Shown here piece after piece: positions 62,785 to 64,000 of a stretch of DNA of 64,000 nucleotides. Origin of the DNA: Octopus sinensis (taxonomy: Eukaryota); NCBI RefSeq assembly GCF_006345805.1, contig NW_021832605.1, forward strand, positions 62,001-126,000, in the 5' to 3' direction. The notes beneath the pieces are model-generated. The model was not told the DNA's origin. It did not search any database and saw only the letters and a list, made by a program, of their open reading frames with translations. The position numbers were made by a program, and so were the translations under genes. Position 1 is the stretch's first letter; each line of letters opens with the position of its first letter.

Positions 62785-63335
62785 TTGTCGAGGGGTGTAC
62801 CTATACAAACAATATATTCTTCCAACATTGAACTATGCAAGTCCATCTGTTGTCAAAAACACTCCTTCAGAAATTACAATCAATCAGAAACTAATCACTC
62901 AGAATTATTACTGGTTTTATGGAGTCTGCTTTGCCGACCATATGCATCAGGAAACCAACACAATCAAACTTGCAGACTATTTTGACATCTATAGAACACA
63001 ATTTTTTGCCTCAGCAAGTATGATCAAAACCCACCCAAGTCACAATCTCACAACAATACCAACCCGGACAGGAACGTCAAAAACACGCCAGGGCTTCACT
63101 TCTGTCGTATCCTAAACTAATTCACTAACAAAAAACTATCGAAAATAAAAGAACTAACTAAATCCTCCTTGAACCCACTAACCGCAAACAATATCCTTAA
63201 CAATCCCTCTTTAAAAATAAACACAGCTGAAGAGGATCTCAGCCATAGAGATCGGGTTGAACTTGCAAGATTTTGCTGTGGGCACCATCCTTCACTCCTC
63301 GACTACCAAAAAAACTGGAAAAAGATATCAATCCA
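62785..63335 (+). mobile_element. LINE 3' remnant (post-RT region)
   Basis: YKQYILPTLNYAS and EEDLSHRDRVELARFCCGHHPSL motifs. Confidence 0.6.
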
Positions 63336-63336
63336 A

Positions 63337-63698
63337 GATGGCCTAACGACTTTCCCCTTCGAAAATGGCAAGTCGCTCATCTGGGACGCAACTTCTCTGC
63401 CGGAAACATCTTTACGTCAGCCGCAGAGCCGGGCTCCGCAGCTAACCTGGCCGAAACGCTAAAAATCAAGAAATACAGTGCATTATCTCACCGCCATATC
63501 TTTGACCCGATCGCAGTGGAGATGTCGGGAGTCCTCGGTCCCAGAACTAAAATATTCCTTATTAAACTGGGGGACATGGCAAGCAGAAGGAGAAATGATC
63601 ATCGAGAACGGACATGAATTTTCCAATGCATATCAATAGCCATCTTGCGTGGGAATTGCCATTCCATCTTATCCTCTGCTGCTAATTAAATACTAAAT
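63337..63698 (+). mobile_element. Shorter copy of CRE subfamily A
   Basis: Nearly identical to 1263-1637 with the same 3' end (GCTAATTAAATACTAAAT); 13-bp deletion between CTT repeats. Confidence 0.92.
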
Positions 63699-64000
63699 AA
63701 CAGATTCTTTGATTAAAAAAATCCAAGCTGTCCAATCTGTCTTGAAGGACGACACACAGTAGCCGATTGATTTGAATTTTAGAAAAAAGTATCCTTAAAT
63801 ATGTTTATTTTTATGTTTAAAATGAATGGTTTAGAACTTTTAGAATGATTCATCAATTGTCTTTTATTCATTATACGGCAGAATTGTCTGAAAATCAAGC
63901 ATTATTGTTACACCGGCGATAGATAAATTGTGCCGATTCTTCGATTTTAATGTCTTTTATTTCATTTTTAAAACGATAATTTTAATTATTGACAAAAATA

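Overview
Compact, AT-rich metazoan genomic DNA. Clusters of tightly packed genes alternate with blocks of decayed transposons. Nearly every host gene is split by spliceosomal micro-introns of about 20-33 nt, which is why the ORF track shows only fragments. Combined with animal-type genes (trichoplein, PKD2, GRK2, Bcl-2), this points to a dicyemid mesozoan (inference). Hand-spliced host genes: SMPD2, an FGD-type RhoGEF lacking FYVE, a RhoA-like GTPase, TCHP, a truncated LGR-type LRR gene, REEP5, PKD2, a divergent Ral, CDC27, intronless KDM8/JMJD5, INTS3, reticulon, an intronless Bcl-2-fold gene, a GRK2-like probable pseudokinase and ZGRF1. Mobile DNA: hAT elements (three with perfect 8-bp TSDs), two Tc1, a Ginger-like integrase family, FLYWCH-MULE and pogo remnants, five or more CRE-type RLE retroelement ends, Jockey/L2-type LINE fragments (one with a 2A-like motif) and a 3-kb RTE with a twin-priming 5' inversion. 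Best leads: (1) the micro-intron regime extends into transposase genes and appears to use GC-AG and possibly GT-TG ends; (2) an open-frame GRK2 pseudokinase; (3) the twin-primed RTE; (4) a TIR element carrying a telomere-like array inside a stack of abutting insertions. All splicing and homology calls were made by eye and need RNA-seq and database confirmation.
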